From: Methylophilaceae bacterium | GTDB lineage: Bacteria > Pseudomonadota > Gammaproteobacteria > Burkholderiales > Methylophilaceae | Length of the DNA stretch: 29,080 nucleotides | Assembly: GCA_052386615.1 (NCBI GenBank) | Contig: JBQTJZ010000227.1 | Location: 1 to 29,080, forward strand | Direction of reading: 5' to 3' | Part shown: positions 1 to 9,304 of the stretch, one piece after another | Layout: every line of letters begins with the position of its first letter | How positions within the stretch are numbered: position 1 is the stretch's first letter | Notes under the pieces: model-generated | Seen by the model: the letters and a program-made list of their open reading frames with translations, nothing else | What the model was told of the DNA's origin: nothing | The model's database searches: none | Position numbers and translations under genes: made by a program

Positions 1-49
1 CAATAATACACGTTGTTATTGTAGTTAAGAGTCGTTACATGTAACTAAT

Positions 50-126
50 CTGCCCGTAGCTAAACCGGATAGAGCACCAGCCTTCTAAGCTGGGGGTTAC
101 AGGTTCGATTCCTGTCGGGCAGGCCA
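50..126 (+). tRNA. tRNA-Arg (anticodon TCT)
   Basis: Acceptor stem CTGCCCG(50-56)/CGGGCAG(116-122), discriminator G, encoded CCA 124-126; anticodon arm CCAGC-CT TCT AA-GCTGG with TCT at 84-86; T-loop GGTTCGATTCC. Confidence 0.96.
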
Positions 127-142
127 ATTGTTTTGTTTCTAT

Positions 143-219
143 GGTGGCCGTAGCTCAGTTGGTAGAGTCCAGGATTGTGATTCCTGTTGTCGTGGGTTCG
201 AGCCCCATCGGCCACCCCA
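143..219 (+). tRNA. tRNA-His (anticodon GTG), includes the G-1 base
   Basis: G143 (-1) then GTGGCCG/CGGCCAC acceptor stem, C discriminator, CCA 217-219; anticodon arm CAGGA-TT GTG AT-TCCTG with GTG at 177-179; D-arm TAGCTCAGTTGGTAGAG; T-loop GGTTCGAGCCC. Confidence 0.97.
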
Positions 220-264
220 TTAAATCAAGCCGCAATAGCCATAAACATGGTGTGTGCTATCACT

Positions 265-1056
265 CTACAAGCCCAACACGTTAGGCAATTCTTTAATCGA
301 GTGTATGATTAAATCCGGTTTAATCGCAGATGTTTCCGCGTAAGATTGTCTGTACTTACCTGTTTTCACTAAACACCCTCTTAACCCGGCTAGCTGGGCG
401 CCGCCAATGTCAGAATCAATATCATCACCAATCATAATAGTTTCGGCAGGTTGCAGTCCCATATCGTCTAAGGCGATTTTAAAGAAATCGGCAGAAGGCT
501 TGCCGATAATGATAGCCTGAGTGCTACTGGCATACTCTAAGGCTTCAATAAATCCACCAATATCCATCTGTAAACCTTGTTCTGTTTGCCAGAATCTGTT
601 TTTGTGGATGGCAATGAGTTTTGCACCACGCATCAGGCAAGCGAACACTTCATTGAGCAAAGGGTAAGACCACGCATTGCCAATATCACCGATAACGATG
701 TACTCCGCTGCAGTATTGGATTGACGAAATTCTGTGAAATCTTGTTTGACGTTGTCAGATAACAATAAGCGGCAAACGGGGTTAGGCTGACGCTTTAAAT
801 AAAGCAGCGCGGCCTGTGGTGCGCTAATAATTTCGCCTAAAGCGATAGAAAATCCTAAGGCATTGATTTTATGCTGTAATGAAGCAAGCGACAGCGTACT
901 GGTATTGGTGACAAAGCGACATGGCAGACCACTTTCCTGAATGTGTTTTACTGCCTCAATGGCGCCTTCAATCACATTTGATCCAACATACAGCACACCA
1001 TCTAGGTCAAATAAAACACCTTTAACAGAGGCAGAAAAAGAGATATTTGTGTCCAT
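265..1056 (-). CDS. HAD-superfamily subfamily IIA hydrolase (LHPP/HDHD2-like phosphatase)
   Basis: Motif I FDLDGV, FVTNTS, IHKNRFWQ cap motif, GKP, motif IV MIGDDIDSDIGGA, LVKTGKYR; 263 aa. Confidence 0.9.
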   Translation of the reverse strand: MDTNISFSASVKGVLFDLDGVLYVGSNVIEGAIEAVKHIQESGLPCRFVTNTSTLSLASLQHKINALGFSIALGEIISAPQAALLYLKRQPNPVCRLLLSDNVKQDFTEFRQSNTAAEYIVIGDIGNAWSYPLLNEVFACLMRGAKLIAIHKNRFWQTEQGLQMDIGGFIEALEYASSTQAIIIGKPSADFFKIALDDMGLQPAETIMIGDDIDSDIGGAQLAGLRGCLVKTGKYRQSYAETSAIKPDLIIHSIKELPNVLGL

Positions 1057-1199
1057 TGGTAATGTGGATTAAGTATTCGTTAAGTGAAATGATTATAACT
1101 AAATTGCTCACAAGGGTTTAGTGCTAAGGTAGCAATGTAATCTGTGGTGAACGAGTGTTTATTCGGCCATCTTATTGTTGATAACTTCCAGCCAAGTCA

Positions 1200-1228
1200 T
1201 TGATACCACTTTGTATACAGGTTATAGT
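1200..1228 (+). promoter_or_regulatory. Putative sigma70 promoter for the response regulator/pilus run
   Basis: TTGATA (1200-1205), 17-nt spacer, TATAGT (1223-1228); 40 nt upstream of ATG 1269, which is preceded by AAGGA. Confidence 0.6.
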
Positions 1229-1268
1229 ATCCCTAAAATAACAACAACATAACGTTAAGGATAGATTT

Positions 1269-2687
1269 ATGGCTGAATCACGTCCAGTACTGATGATTAT
1301 TGACGACGATCCACTTATCACGGATACGTTGCATTATGTGTTAAGCAAACACTTTGAGGTGTGCGTGGCCGATTCGCGGTCGCAGGCCAAAAGCTTGTTG
1401 CGCCAGTTAGATGAGCCTCCAGCCTTGGCCTTGGTCGATTTGGGCTTACCGCCGATGCAACATAAGCCTGATGAAGGCTTCAAGATGATAGGCGAATTGC
1501 TTGCGCATTCTCCTAGTATGAAGATACACGTGCTTTCAGGGCAAAGTGATGATGTGAATGTGAAACACGCACTGGCATTAGGCGCGTTGGATTTTATCCC
1601 CAAGCCTTGCGATGTAGACCGTTTAAAAGAGCTGTTACTCAATTCCTTAAAAGTTCAAAGTGTTGAACTTACAGAAAAACCAGAAGATAAAAATGGTGGC
1701 ATGATAGGCGAAAGTTTGCCCATGCAAACCCTGATTACACAAATACGTCAGTTCGCTGATTCGCCTTTCCCAGTACTGATTGAGGGCGAATCCGGCAGTG
1801 GTAAAGAACGTGTTGCCAGCAATTTTCATCGGTTTAGCAAGCGCATAAAACAACCTTATTTGTCTGTTAACTGTGCAGCCATTTCGCCCATGCTGGCAGA
1901 ATCTATTTTATTTGGGCATGCCAAGGGCGCTTTTACCGGTGCAGCAACTGCCAATGCAGGTTATTTTGAAGATGTGAATGAAGGGACGCTATTTTTGGAT
2001 GAAATTGGCGAATTGCCGCTAGAAATGCAGGCCAAGCTGCTTCGCGTGCTGGAAAACGGTGAATATGTGCGTGTGGGTGAAACACAAACACGTAAAAGCA
2101 AAGCACGCATTGTTGCGGCGACTAATAGAGATTTACGAGCGGAAGTGCGTGCAGGCAATTTTCGCTCAGACTTGTATCATCGCTTAAGCGTTTTTGCAGT
2201 CAAGGTGCCTCCACTGCGCGAGCTTGGGCAAGATAGCCTTGTGCTGCTTGAGCATTTTAATCGTTTTTATGCGCGTGAAACTGGCCAACAATCCTTCAAA
2301 TTAGATGATAAAGCTAAAAACCGCTGGTTAAGCTATCACTTTCCTGGCAATGTACGTGAGTTGCGCAATATCATTATTCGGTTAATCGCAAAATACGCAG
2401 GGCAAATAGTGAACGAGCTACAGCTTGCGGCAGAATTTGATTTGTCGCGCCAAAACGAGGTGGATGGCGCGCCGGCAGTCGGTAATGGCGATTTATCCAG
2501 CTACGCACTACAACATTTGCAAAATCAAGCCAATGTAAACTTAGACCAAGTGTTAAAACAGTGGGAAAAAGCTTATGTAGATGCTGCGATGCGCACCACA
2601 CATGGCAATTTAAGCCAAGCGGCAAAATTGCTAGGGATTAATAGAACGACACTTTATAGCCGTATTCAGTTACAAGAAGAAAAATAA
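1269..2687 (+). CDS. Sigma54-dependent Fis-family response regulator (REC-AAA+-HTH; PrsR/NtrC-like)
   Basis: REC with IDDD and phospho-Asp57 in VDLGLPP; Walker A GESGSGKE; intact GAFTGA; Walker B LFLDEIGE; [10 protein letters not shown]-like [10 protein letters not shown]; [21 protein letters not shown]. Confidence 0.93.
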   Translation: MAESRPVLMIIDDDPLITDTLHYVLSKHFEVCVADSRSQAKSLLRQLDEPPALALVDLGLPPMQHKPDEGFKMIGELLAHSPSMKIHVLSGQSDDVNVKHALALGALDFIPKPCDVDRLKELLLNSLKVQSVELTEKPEDKNGGMIGESLPMQTLITQIRQFADSPFPVLIEGESGSGKERVASNFHRFSKRIKQPYLSVNCAAISPMLAESILFGHAKGAFTGAATANAGYFEDVNEGTLFLDEIGELPLEMQAKLLRVLENGEYVRVGETQTRKSKARIVAATNRDLRAEVRAGNFRSDLYHRLSVFAVKVPPLRELGQDSLVLLEHFNRFYARETGQQSFKLDDKAKNRWLSYHFPGNVRELRNIIIRLIAKYAGQIVNELQLAAEFDLSRQNEVDGAPAVGNGDLSSYALQHLQNQANVNLDQVLKQWEKAYVDAAMRTTHGNLSQAAKLLGINRTTLYSRIQLQEEK

Positions 2688-2693
2688 AACACC

Positions 2694-4088
2694 ATGTATT
2701 ACGCGCATTTTGGCTTAAAAGAACCTCCCTTTAAAATTACGCCAAATACAGATATTTTTTTTACTGGCGGTAATCGCGGTGCGGTATTAGATGCACTCAT
2801 TTACGCTATTTTAAATGGTGAAGGTATTATTAAAGTGGTTGGCGAGGTGGGCAGCGGTAAAACCATGTTGTGCCGCATGTTACAAACCATGCTGCCTGAG
2901 CGTATTGAAAGTATTTATTTAGCTAACCCTAGTGTGGCGCCAGAAGATGTGCTACATGCAATTGCTTTCGAATTGCAACTCAAGCTTCCTAAAAGTGCAG
3001 ACCGTCTTAAAGTGATGCAAAGTCTGCAAAATCATTTGTTAAAGCGACACGCAGCAGGCAAACAAGTCGTGATTTTTGTGGAAGAGGCACAGGGCATGCC
3101 GCTGGCTACCTTGGAAGAGATTCGCTTACTTTCTAATTTGGAGACCAATCATGACAAATTGCTACAGATTGTTTTATTTGGTCAGCCGGAGCTGGATGAA
3201 AATCTGAACGAACCCAATATTAGGCAATTGCGCGAACGCATTACCCATAGCTTTAATTTAACACCGCTACACTCGAATGAAATTGGCGAATACCTTATTT
3301 TTAGGTTACGTGCTGCGGGTTATTTTGGGCCGCATCTATTCAATTCTGCTGCCATTAAAAAACTCTCGAATGCCGCACAAGGGCTAGTACGTCGCGTTAA
3401 TATTTTGGCTGATAAATCTTTGCTGGCTGCATTTGCAGAGAATGGCTATCAGGTGACGCCCAAGCATGTACAAGCGGCTATTGCAGATAGCGAGTTTGGC
3501 TTAGAAAAATCAAGAGTAGCCGCACAAAATAAATTTTTAATGTGGGTGGGGTTGCTAGTGTTAGGCTTAGTGCTAGGGTATGGCGCTAGTCGTTGGCATC
3601 AAAAACAACCCGCCAGCACGCTAGCGCAAGCTGAAGTCGTGCAAAAAGATAATTTGGCTGAACCCCAAACAAAAAAGGGGAATGAGGCAAGTCCAACCCA
3701 ACTTGATACGGCATCCTCCTCTCAGGTTGCGGCTAGTGTTGTAGCTAAAGCGAATAATCAGGAAGATATTTTAACGCATCGCTTAAACGTGACCTCTAGC
3801 TGGTTAACTACGCAACCGCCAAGCACGGTAACTATTCAGCTATTAGGGGCAAGTAGCGATGCTCAACTTAAAAGCGATATCGAGACATTAAGTCAACAAA
3901 TTGAAATTGATAATATTTACGTTTATCGTACCAAAGTTAATGCGCAGCCATTTACCAATTTGCTTTACGGCAGTTTTGCCGATCGCTTTGAAGCAATGCG
4001 AGCATTACAAAAACTGCCAGCAGAGATTCAAAAAAACCGCCCACAACTGCGTACCATCGCAGGAATATTGCAAGAAACCAATCATTAA
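2694..4088 (+). CDS. ExeA/MshM-like AAA ATPase with TM segment and C-terminal SPOR-like domain
   Basis: N-terminal MYYAHFGLKEPPFKITP typical of ExeA family; Walker A GEVGSGKT; VEEAQ Walker B; LFGQPEL; TM WVGLLVLGLVLGYG; C-terminal TIQLLG...LLYGSFADRFEAMRALQKLP SPOR-like. Confidence 0.85.
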   Translation: MYYAHFGLKEPPFKITPNTDIFFTGGNRGAVLDALIYAILNGEGIIKVVGEVGSGKTMLCRMLQTMLPERIESIYLANPSVAPEDVLHAIAFELQLKLPKSADRLKVMQSLQNHLLKRHAAGKQVVIFVEEAQGMPLATLEEIRLLSNLETNHDKLLQIVLFGQPELDENLNEPNIRQLRERITHSFNLTPLHSNEIGEYLIFRLRAAGYFGPHLFNSAAIKKLSNAAQGLVRRVNILADKSLLAAFAENGYQVTPKHVQAAIADSEFGLEKSRVAAQNKFLMWVGLLVLGLVLGYGASRWHQKQPASTLAQAEVVQKDNLAEPQTKKGNEASPTQLDTASSSQVAASVVAKANNQEDILTHRLNVTSSWLTTQPPSTVTIQLLGASSDAQLKSDIETLSQQIEIDNIYVYRTKVNAQPFTNLLYGSFADRFEAMRALQKLPAEIQKNRPQLRTIAGILQETNH

Positions 4089-4194
4089 GCAAAAAATAAT
4101 TAATTTATTGAGCTTTCAATAAGTTAGTATTGCAATTTAATGCAGATTATGCGATAACTCACAGCATAATGAATTTATTTGGGAGAAGCACGTC

Positions 4195-6075
4195 GTGCTT
4201 AGCAAATATCATATGAATTACCTAGTAAAGATTCAGACTGCGGTTTTAGCTACTTTGGTCATGTTAGGGTGCACACATCAAACGAACATAAAGCCTTCCG
4301 CAGGACATATTGATGGAGAGACGGCCGCCCAAAGTAGCAATCAAGCTGTGGCAGCTGCGCCTATTCCAAAACCAGTAAAAACTAGTCCGGTGTTACCGCC
4401 ACCAAAAGCCACCGCAAAAGCACAAACCTATAGCGTAGTGGTGAATGAGGTGCCAGTGAAAGAGATTCTGTTTGCGCTGGCCCGTGAAAGTAAGCTGAAT
4501 ATTGATATTCACCCTTCTATACAAGGCCGCGCTACACTCAATGCTGTAGATCAAACCTTGCCGGCGATTTTAGAGCGGTTGGCTAAGCAAGTGGATTTAA
4601 CCTACAAGATGGAAAATAATGTGTTGCACATTACGCCAGACCAGCCGGTGTTGCGTATTTATAAAGTAGATTACGTGAATATCAATCGCGACACGGAAGG
4701 CTTCATTGGGGCAGATGGCCAGATTTCTAGTTCGGCACAAACAAGCGGCACCGGTGCTTCTACAACCACAACCAGTGGCAATGGTGCAAACAATAGCTCG
4801 CGTACTCTTGTATCCAGCAAATCAAAAAATCATCTATGGGAATCGCTCATTCAAAATATCAAAGAGTTATTAGCTGAAACCGATAAGGAAGTCATCGTGT
4901 CGCGTTTTGGTAGCGTGGGCGATAAAGAGATTAAAAACGAGAAAGCTAATGCTGATGAGGCAAAACTACAAGCGGAAAATAATAAAGCCGAAACAGAACA
5001 ACGTAACGAGCAGCGTTCGGAGTATAAAACTTTATTTGCTGCTAATGTGATTGCCAACCCTGAAACCGGAGTGATCAGCGTACGTGCAACCAATAAGCAG
5101 CATGAAAAAGTGCGGGAGTTTATTGATAAGGTGTTACACGATGCTAAAAAACAAGTGTTGGTTGAAGCAACCATTGTAGAAGTGGTGCTAAGTGATAGTT
5201 TTCAAGCGGGTATTGATTGGAGCCGACTGAATAATTCAGCGACCAATAGTGGTTTTGTTTTTGGCCAAAGTCTAGGCGCAAGTAATTTTAGTGTGACTGG
5301 TAATACGATAGGCAACAACACAACTACTAATGCACTGGGTATTGGCACCGATGCAGGTTTTGTTTTTGGTTATTTAAATCCATTGAGTCGTATCGGTAAT
5401 ATTGCCGCTTCTATTAATCTTTTGAAGCAATTTGGGGATGCCAAGGTTTTATCTAGCCCAAAATTAATGGTGTTGAATAACCAAACGGCAGTATTGAAAG
5501 TGGTGGATAATCTCGTGTACTTTACGGTACAAGCACAACAATCGACGGTTGGCGGCACTGTTGGTGGCACGCTCGCAACATTTACCACTACGCCCAACAC
5601 GGTGCCAGTGGGTATTGTGATGAGTGTAACGCCGCAAATTAATGATACTGGCAGTGTGGGTATCAATGTGCGTCCAAGTATCACGAGAGTTATCAATTTT
5701 AGGCAGGATCCAAACCCTAATCTTCGTACTGGTGCGAATAATTCAGGACCACCTATCGAAAGTAGAATTCCAGAAATAAGGGTACGGGAAATGGAATCCA
5801 TGCTACAAATCAATAGCGGCAGTACTGCTGTGTTGGGCGGTTTGATGCAGGACGAAATCATTAGAAACACTGATAAAGTGCCTGGTTTGTCGGATGTTCC
5901 AGGTGTGGGCAATGTGTTCAAAGGCAAGAATGACGCTACGCGTAAAACGGAGTTAGTCATTTTCTTGCGGCCAACGGTGATTGGTAATGCCAGTTTAGAG
6001 AGCGATGAATTAGCATCATTTAAACAGTATTTACCCGCACAGCAATTAGAAAAAGCACTAGAAGAAGCCAATTGA
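4195..6075 (+). CDS. Outer-membrane secretin, MshL-like, probable lipoprotein (alternative start ATG 4213)
   Basis: Signal ending VMLG-C (Cys codon 4270-4272); N-domain YKVDYVN with S/T-rich loop; secretin motifs QVLVEATIVEV, SSPKLMVLNNQTA, GIVMSVTPQI, VPGLSDVPGVGNVFK, KTELVIFLRP. GGGAG 9 nt before GTG 4195. Confidence 0.9.
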   Translation: MLSKYHMNYLVKIQTAVLATLVMLGCTHQTNIKPSAGHIDGETAAQSSNQAVAAAPIPKPVKTSPVLPPPKATAKAQTYSVVVNEVPVKEILFALARESKLNIDIHPSIQGRATLNAVDQTLPAILERLAKQVDLTYKMENNVLHITPDQPVLRIYKVDYVNINRDTEGFIGADGQISSSAQTSGTGASTTTTSGNGANNSSRTLVSSKSKNHLWESLIQNIKELLAETDKEVIVSRFGSVGDKEIKNEKANADEAKLQAENNKAETEQRNEQRSEYKTLFAANVIANPETGVISVRATNKQHEKVREFIDKVLHDAKKQVLVEATIVEVVLSDSFQAGIDWSRLNNSATNSGFVFGQSLGASNFSVTGNTIGNNTTTNALGIGTDAGFVFGYLNPLSRIGNIAASINLLKQFGDAKVLSSPKLMVLNNQTAVLKVVDNLVYFTVQAQQSTVGGTVGGTLATFTTTPNTVPVGIVMSVTPQINDTGSVGINVRPSITRVINFRQDPNPNLRTGANNSGPPIESRIPEIRVREMESMLQINSGSTAVLGGLMQDEIIRNTDKVPGLSDVPGVGNVFKGKNDATRKTELVIFLRPTVIGNASLESDELASFKQYLPAQQLEKALEEAN

Positions 6076-6091
6076 TTGGTGGGTAAATGAC

Positions 6092-7546
6092 ATGAGTTTA
6101 CTCATTAAGGCATTAGATAAAGCGCAAGCCGAAAAAGCGCGGGCAGAAAATGAGGGCGCAAAAGAAGCACTTGGTCAACAAGAAAAGGAAGCTTCGAAAA
6201 ACCAAGAAGACACAAGCCCTGTAGCCGAGTTAACTATGGCTGATGCAAATACAGAATTATCGTTAAGCCCACCTGAAGTGCCTTTGAAAGAAAATGCTGG
6301 AGTTGAAGCTAATTTGATTCCAACCTCAATTGTTGGTAGTGCGGCTGCTAATTTGCAAATGCTGCAGGTGCAAAAAGAAAACGCACCTAACACAACCGAA
6401 AATGTGAGTAATCAGCCTTTCTCGTCGGCGACGCATCATCTTGCTAAAAAGCCTGAGGCTGTTAGACAAACCCAAGCAGCCAATGTGTTTTCTGCCAAAC
6501 AGGTTGAAACAAGCCATCAAAATACTAAACTTGCACTTATTGCGGGGGCTGGCTTAATCGCTATGTTGGCCATGGGGTCTTATTACTACCAGTTTGTAGA
6601 TAGCTCACCCGATGTGGTTATTCCACAACGCCCAATGGTGACACAGCCAACAACATCCGAGGCTTTGCCACCAGCTAGCCAAGAGGTAGTTGGCGAGCGC
6701 ACTGGATTAATGAAAGAGGGGTTTGCTGATGCCGAAACGCCAGCACCAGATACTACGCAAGCTTTTGAAGCAAAAGAACCCAATCAGTTCGCACAAAAAC
6801 AACAAACTGATTCAAATACGCAGCCACAGCAAAATGATGCTGAAAATACGCTAGATGCAGGTGAAGCCATGGTGAAGCTTAACAAAAAAGGGGCGCAATC
6901 AAATTTTGTAAAATTAGATAAAGCTATCGCCTCAGCAAGTGCTTCGATTCAAGTTACGCAAATTAGGCAACAGCCAGCGGTTAATCCAATACTAATGCGC
7001 GCTTACGAGGCTTATAACGTGGGCAATGATAACGAGGCACAAAAACTTTACAAACAAGTATTGCAGCGCGATAGCACTAGTGTAGACGCAATGTTGGGCT
7101 TAGGCGCGATTGCAGCTCGCCAAGGCCGAGATGCGGACGCCAACGGTTGGTATCGCAAGGTGTTAGAAATTGAACCGCGAAATAGCACAGCACAATCTGC
7201 CATGTTGGATACCCGACAACAGGATGACCCGCTAGCCAACGAAAGCCGGATTAAGTCGATGCTAGCTAAAGCGCCCAATGATGCAAATCTATACGCTGCG
7301 CTTGGTAATTTATATGTGGAACAGAACCAATGGCCTGCAGCGCAGCAGGCATACTTTGATGCCTACAGACTCAATGCCAGCGCGGATAATGCGCTGAATC
7401 TAGGCGTGAGTTTAGATCAGTTAAGTAAGCCAAAATTAGCGTTGCCCTATTACCAGCAGGCTCTAGATTTAGCACAGCAATCAGACACCAGCAGTATTGA
7501 TAAAACTGCAATTGAAGCCAGAATCGCCTCAATTCAGTCAAATTAA
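6092..7546 (+). CDS. TPR-repeat protein with single TM, MshN-like
   Basis: MSLLIKALDKA N-terminus, low-complexity linker, TM ALIAGAGLIAMLAMGSYYY, C-terminal TPR-type helices (AQKLYKQVL, AMLGLGAIA, LYAALGNLY, ALNLGVSLD). Confidence 0.75.
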   Translation: MSLLIKALDKAQAEKARAENEGAKEALGQQEKEASKNQEDTSPVAELTMADANTELSLSPPEVPLKENAGVEANLIPTSIVGSAAANLQMLQVQKENAPNTTENVSNQPFSSATHHLAKKPEAVRQTQAANVFSAKQVETSHQNTKLALIAGAGLIAMLAMGSYYYQFVDSSPDVVIPQRPMVTQPTTSEALPPASQEVVGERTGLMKEGFADAETPAPDTTQAFEAKEPNQFAQKQQTDSNTQPQQNDAENTLDAGEAMVKLNKKGAQSNFVKLDKAIASASASIQVTQIRQQPAVNPILMRAYEAYNVGNDNEAQKLYKQVLQRDSTSVDAMLGLGAIAARQGRDADANGWYRKVLEIEPRNSTAQSAMLDTRQQDDPLANESRIKSMLAKAPNDANLYAALGNLYVEQNQWPAAQQAYFDAYRLNASADNALNLGVSLDQLSKPKLALPYYQQALDLAQQSDTSSIDKTAIEARIASIQSN

Positions 7547-7584
7547 CCGGTATTTAAAACTAACAATTAACAATAAATGCAAAA

Positions 7585-9291
7585 ATGGTAGAACAAAGAC
7601 GTAAATTACGCTTGGGCGAGCTGATGGTTCAGCAAGGCTTGATTAGCCATGATCAATTGCGCATCGCCCTCATTGAGCAAGAGCAAAACGATATTCCACT
7701 GGGTCGTCAGTTGGTACGATTGGGGTTTGTGTCTGAAACTATGGTGCGTGACCTAGTCGCGCATACTATTGGTCAGGAAAGTATCGATTTAACCAATGTG
7801 GTCGCTGATGTGGACGCACTTAACATGGTGCCAGAGGATTTCTCTCGTCGTTATCACTTGTTGCCGGTTGCTTACGAAGACACCACAAAAACCATGATTG
7901 TGGCAATGGCGGATATGTTCAACGTGGTGGCGCTAGACCAGCTACGTGCCATGCTTGGCGGCCATATTCAACTTAAACCTGTATTAGCGGCAGAGGCGCA
8001 ACTAGAAGAACATATTGATCAGTTCTATGGTTACGAGCTATCGGTAGATGGTATTCTGCGCGAGATAGAAACAGGCGAGATTGATTACCAAAGCTTAGTC
8101 GCAGAGAATAATGAATATACCCAGCCTGTGGTGCGCTTAGTGGGCGCTTTGTTAATGGATGCTGTTAAGCGTAGTGCTTCAGACATTCACTTTGAACCGG
8201 AATTTGCTTTTTTACGTATTCGCTATCGTATTGATGGCGTCTTGCAACAAGTGCGTAGCCTGCATAAAAGTTATTGGCCAGGAATTGCGGTACGCCTAAA
8301 AGTGATAAGCGGCATGGATATTGCCGAAACACGTTCACCGCAAGACGGGCGTTTGAATATGAACCTATGCGGTCGTCCCATTGATTTCAGGGTATCTACC
8401 CACCCCACAATCAATGGCGAAAATATTGTACTGCGTGTGTTAGACCGAGAAAAATCTATCATTCCGCTAGAGCGTATGGGGCTTAGAACATCCACGTTGG
8501 ATCAACTTAAATTAATGATGACAAGACCAGAGGGCATCCTAGTGGTCACTGGTCCAACCGGTAGCGGTAAAACCACCACGCTCTACTCGTTACTCTCACA
8601 TTGCAATACGGAAGATGTGAACATCATGACCTTGGAAGACCCTGTCGAGTATCCGGTTTCGCTGATGCGACAAACTTCAGTGGCAGAAGTCAACAAGGTC
8701 GATTTTGCCAATGGCATTCGTTCGATTATGCGACAAGACCCAGATATCATTCTGGTAGGCGAGATTCGTGACGAAGATACTGCCACTATGGCATTTCGTG
8801 CGGCGATGACAGGACATCAGGTGTTCACCACACTGCATACCAACTCGGCCTTGGGCGCATTTCCTAGGCTAACCGATATTGGTATTTCGCCCGACATTAT
8901 GGCGGGTAATATTATTGGCGTAGTAGCACAGCGCTTGGTGCGTGTGCTGTGTCCGCATTGTAAAGAATCTGTAAAACCTAGCGATGAAGAGCGTAAAATT
9001 TTAGCGGTAAAGCGTAACGAAGCAATTCAAATTTTTAAGCACAAGGGCTGCAAACGTTGTAATCAAACTGGATATCGCGGCCGTATGGCAATTATTGAGC
9101 TACTGCGGATTGATGCAGAAATGGATACCCTTATTGCAAGACGCGCCCATTTGGACGAGTTACGCGAGGTGGCGCTGGGGAAAGGCTTTAGTACGCTGGC
9201 CGATGATGGTGTGCGACGTATTTTAGAAGGCTACACTAGCGTTGAGGAAGTGATGCGAGTGATTGACCTGACGGCGCGTATCTATAATTAA
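7585..9291 (+). CDS. GspE/PilB/MshE-family assembly ATPase with MshEN domain
   Basis: RLGELMVQQGLISHDQLRIALIEQ MshEN motif; ASDIHFEP; Walker A GPTGSGKTTT; TLEDPVEY; RQDPDIILVGEIRD; GHQVFTTLH; CPHC...CKRC zinc site. Confidence 0.95.
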   Translation: MVEQRRKLRLGELMVQQGLISHDQLRIALIEQEQNDIPLGRQLVRLGFVSETMVRDLVAHTIGQESIDLTNVVADVDALNMVPEDFSRRYHLLPVAYEDTTKTMIVAMADMFNVVALDQLRAMLGGHIQLKPVLAAEAQLEEHIDQFYGYELSVDGILREIETGEIDYQSLVAENNEYTQPVVRLVGALLMDAVKRSASDIHFEPEFAFLRIRYRIDGVLQQVRSLHKSYWPGIAVRLKVISGMDIAETRSPQDGRLNMNLCGRPIDFRVSTHPTINGENIVLRVLDREKSIIPLERMGLRTSTLDQLKLMMTRPEGILVVTGPTGSGKTTTLYSLLSHCNTEDVNIMTLEDPVEYPVSLMRQTSVAEVNKVDFANGIRSIMRQDPDIILVGEIRDEDTATMAFRAAMTGHQVFTTLHTNSALGAFPRLTDIGISPDIMAGNIIGVVAQRLVRVLCPHCKESVKPSDEERKILAVKRNEAIQIFKHKGCKRCNQTGYRGRMAIIELLRIDAEMDTLIARRAHLDELREVALGKGFSTLADDGVRRILEGYTSVEEVMRVIDLTARIYN

Positions 9292-9304
9292 AGAGATATA
9301 AGCC

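Noticed and set aside
50-264. tRNA pair as an integration site with the pilus locus as a genomic island
   Set aside because: No integrase or transposase in the window, no duplicated tRNA 3' end noticed, and the flanking genes look like resident chromosomal genes.
5370-6071. 233-aa antisense ORF over the secretin, and similar shadow ORFs (e.g. 1334-1642, 4851-5174, 24747-25331, 19083-19370)
   Set aside because: They lie wholly opposite well-supported genes, show no motifs and have the Ser/Thr/Pro-rich composition typical of antisense frames.
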